The notes beneath the pieces were generated by a model, which saw only the letters and a list, made by a program, of their open reading frames with translations, searched no databases and was not told where the DNA came from. DNA of 64,000 nt from an uncultured delta proteobacterium (GTDB lineage: Bacteria; Myxococcota; UBA727; VGSZ01): the NCBI GenBank assembly GCA_963775425.1, contig CAVZJB010000016.1, forward strand, positions 1,269,682 through 1,333,681, written 5' to 3'. Below are positions 62,367 to 64,000 of this stretch, one piece after another (position 1 is the stretch's first letter; every line of letters begins with the position of its first letter). The translations under genes were made by a program, and so were the position numbers.

Positions 62367-62461
62367 GCGACGGCCACATCCTCGCCATGAACGCGGGCTC
62401 ATCGAGCATCAAGCTCTCTGTCTTTCTCCGCCGCGACTCACATCGGGAAGTGAAACCATGA
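62363..62461 (+). pseudogene. ackA: Acetate kinase N-terminal stub (32 aa)
   Basis: [21 protein letters not shown] matches the acetate kinase N-terminal signature (ILxxNxGSSSxK), then ends at the xfp start. Confidence 0.65.
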
Positions 62462-63617
62462 GCGACACGCTGACTCCGCAGCTCCGCGACAAGATGAACG
62501 CCTACTGGCGAGCGGCGAACTACCTCTCCGTCGGCCAGATCTACCTCTACGACAACCCGCTGTTGAGGCGGCGCCTCGAGCTCCGCGACGTGAAGCACAT
62601 GTTGCTCGGCCATTGGGGGACGACGCCGGGCCAGAACTTCATCTACGTGCACTTGAATCGCGTCATCAAGGCGTACGACCTCGACATGATCTACGTCTGC
62701 GGACCGGGCCACGGGGGGCCCGCGGTCGTCGGAAACGTCTACCTCGAGGGGACTTACAGCGAAGTCTATCCGGACATCGGTCAAGACGAGCAGGGGCTCC
62801 AGAGGCTCTTTCGCCAGTTTTCGTTCCCGGGCGGAATTCCAAGCCACGCGTCGCCCGAGTGTCCCGGGTCGATTCACGAGGGCGGCGAGCTCGGGTACTC
62901 GCTGAGTCACTCGTTCGGCGCGGTCTTCGACAACCCTGACCTCGTCGTCGCCTGCGTCATCGGCGACGGCGAAGCGGAGACCGGCCCGCTTGCCACGGCG
63001 TGGCACTCGAACAAGTTCCTCGACCCGGCCACCGACGGCGCGGTCCTGCCGATCCTGCATCTGAACGGCTACAAGATTTCGAACCCCACTGTCCTCGCCC
63101 GCATCAGCCGCGAGGAGCTCGAGCAGCTTCTTCGCGGCTATGGGTGGACGCCGATCTTCGTCGAAGGTGACGAGCCGGGCCCGATGCACGAAGCCATGGC
63201 GGCCGCGCTCGACGCTGCGGTCGAGCAGATCCGAGGGATCCAGGAGCGTGCTCGCGTCCACGGCGACATCTCGCGGCCGCGCTGGCCGATGATCGTCCTG
63301 AAGTCGCCGAAGGGCTGGACCGGCCCCAAGATCATCGACGGGCTCCAGATCGAAGGGACCTTCCGCGCGCACCAGGTGCCGCTCTCCGATCCCGCGGCCC
63401 ATCCGCATCACCTCGCGCTGTTGGAGGAGTGGCTCAGGAGCTATCGGCCGGAGGAGCTCTTCGATTCGGAGGGCCGGCTGATGCCGGAGCTCGCCGAGCT
63501 CGCGCCCAAAGGCGACCGCAGGATGGGTGCGAACCCCCACGCAAACGGCGGCAAGTTCCTCCGCGAGTTGAAGATGCCCGACTTCAGCGCGTACGCGATC
63601 GACGTTCCGCGGCCGGG
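62458..63617 (+). pseudogene. xfp: Phosphoketolase, truncated by IS21 insertion
   Basis: [52 protein letters not shown]; similarity ends at PRPG where the IS end begins. Confidence 0.9.
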
Positions 63618-64000
63618 TGCGCGTCACGGCCATCGTGAACGCCGAAATCGGGACGGCGTGAACGCTCGGATCGGCGATCGTGATCGGAGCGAAGCGACGC
63701 TTTCCGACGGTGTTCAGTCCTTGGTGGCCTTCTCCTTCCGCCGCGACGGGCCTTTGAGCTCGATGCGGTGGGCGTTGTGCACAACCCGGTCGCAGATCGA
63801 ATCCGCGACGGTCGGGTCGTTGATGTAGTCGTGCCAGGCCTTGGTGGGAAGCTGGGTCGTGATGATCGTCGATCGGTTGCCGTAGCGGTCCTCGAGTACG
63901 TCGAGGAGGCCCTGGCGGTCTTGGTCTTTCATCGCAGCAAGGCCGAAGTCGTCGATGATGAGCACGTCGACGCGCGCAAGCCGCGTGAGCAGCTTCGCGT
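63618..64000 (-). mobile_element. IS21-family element (right end; continues beyond the window)
   Basis: Terminus TGCGCGTCACGGCCATCGTGAACGC with internal repeated CGTGAACGC/CGTGATCG boxes, followed by the istB 3' end. Confidence 0.85.
63714..64000 (-). CDS. istB: IS21 helper ATPase IstB (partial)
   Basis: VLIIDDFGL...[17 protein letters not shown]...[23 protein letters not shown]. Confidence 0.93.
   Translation of the reverse strand, partial: AKLLTRLARVDVLIIDDFGLAAMKDQDRQGLLDVLEDRYGNRSTIITTQLPTKAWHDYINDPTVADSICDRVVHNAHRIELKGPSRRKEKATKD

Noticed and set aside
63618-63828. C-terminal extension of phosphoketolase
   Set aside because: Read-through into the IS21 end and antisense istB, not phosphoketolase sequence

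Overview
Very high-GC bacterial DNA with Myxococcota-like hallmarks (MYXO-CTERM-like GGC/hydrophobic/Arg tails, Gly-Glu linker repeats, Cys-rich secreted proteins, Ser/Thr kinase, several sigma54-type promoter motifs). From left to right: (1) a two-component operon (HAMP histidine kinase and two response regulators) divergent from tRNA-Gly(CCC); (2) a decayed island at the tRNA 3' end, with a frameshifted tyrosine integrase truncated by a 4.3-kb unit bounded by imperfect inverted repeats. This unit holds the N- and C-terminal halves of an ISKra4/ISLre2-like transposase around cargo, including an antitoxin and a ParE-like toxin fused to a Zn ribbon; (3) a DUF2071-Ser/Thr kinase fusion and an ice-binding (DUF3494) protein; (4) secreted proteases and a six-gene operon with four tandem double-YbjQ paralogues; (5) housekeeping-type genes (fadD, yceI, MarR, HAD, epimerase, rnj, rimO, rpsA-like); (6) an operon encoding a two-domain methyltransferase (class I + divergent EgtD-like) plus a betaine-type ABC importer; (7) an amidase/RlpA-like/GH114 fusion; (8) a sugar-phosphorolysis cluster (beta-PGM, GH65, HAD, acetate kinase stub, phosphoketolase) cut by an IS21 element at the right edge. 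The best candidates for undescribed systems are the dual-methyltransferase/ABC operon (40.7-44.8 kb) and the four-YbjQ operon (19.4-24.1 kb). All family assignments come from motif recognition by eye; no database searches were run.
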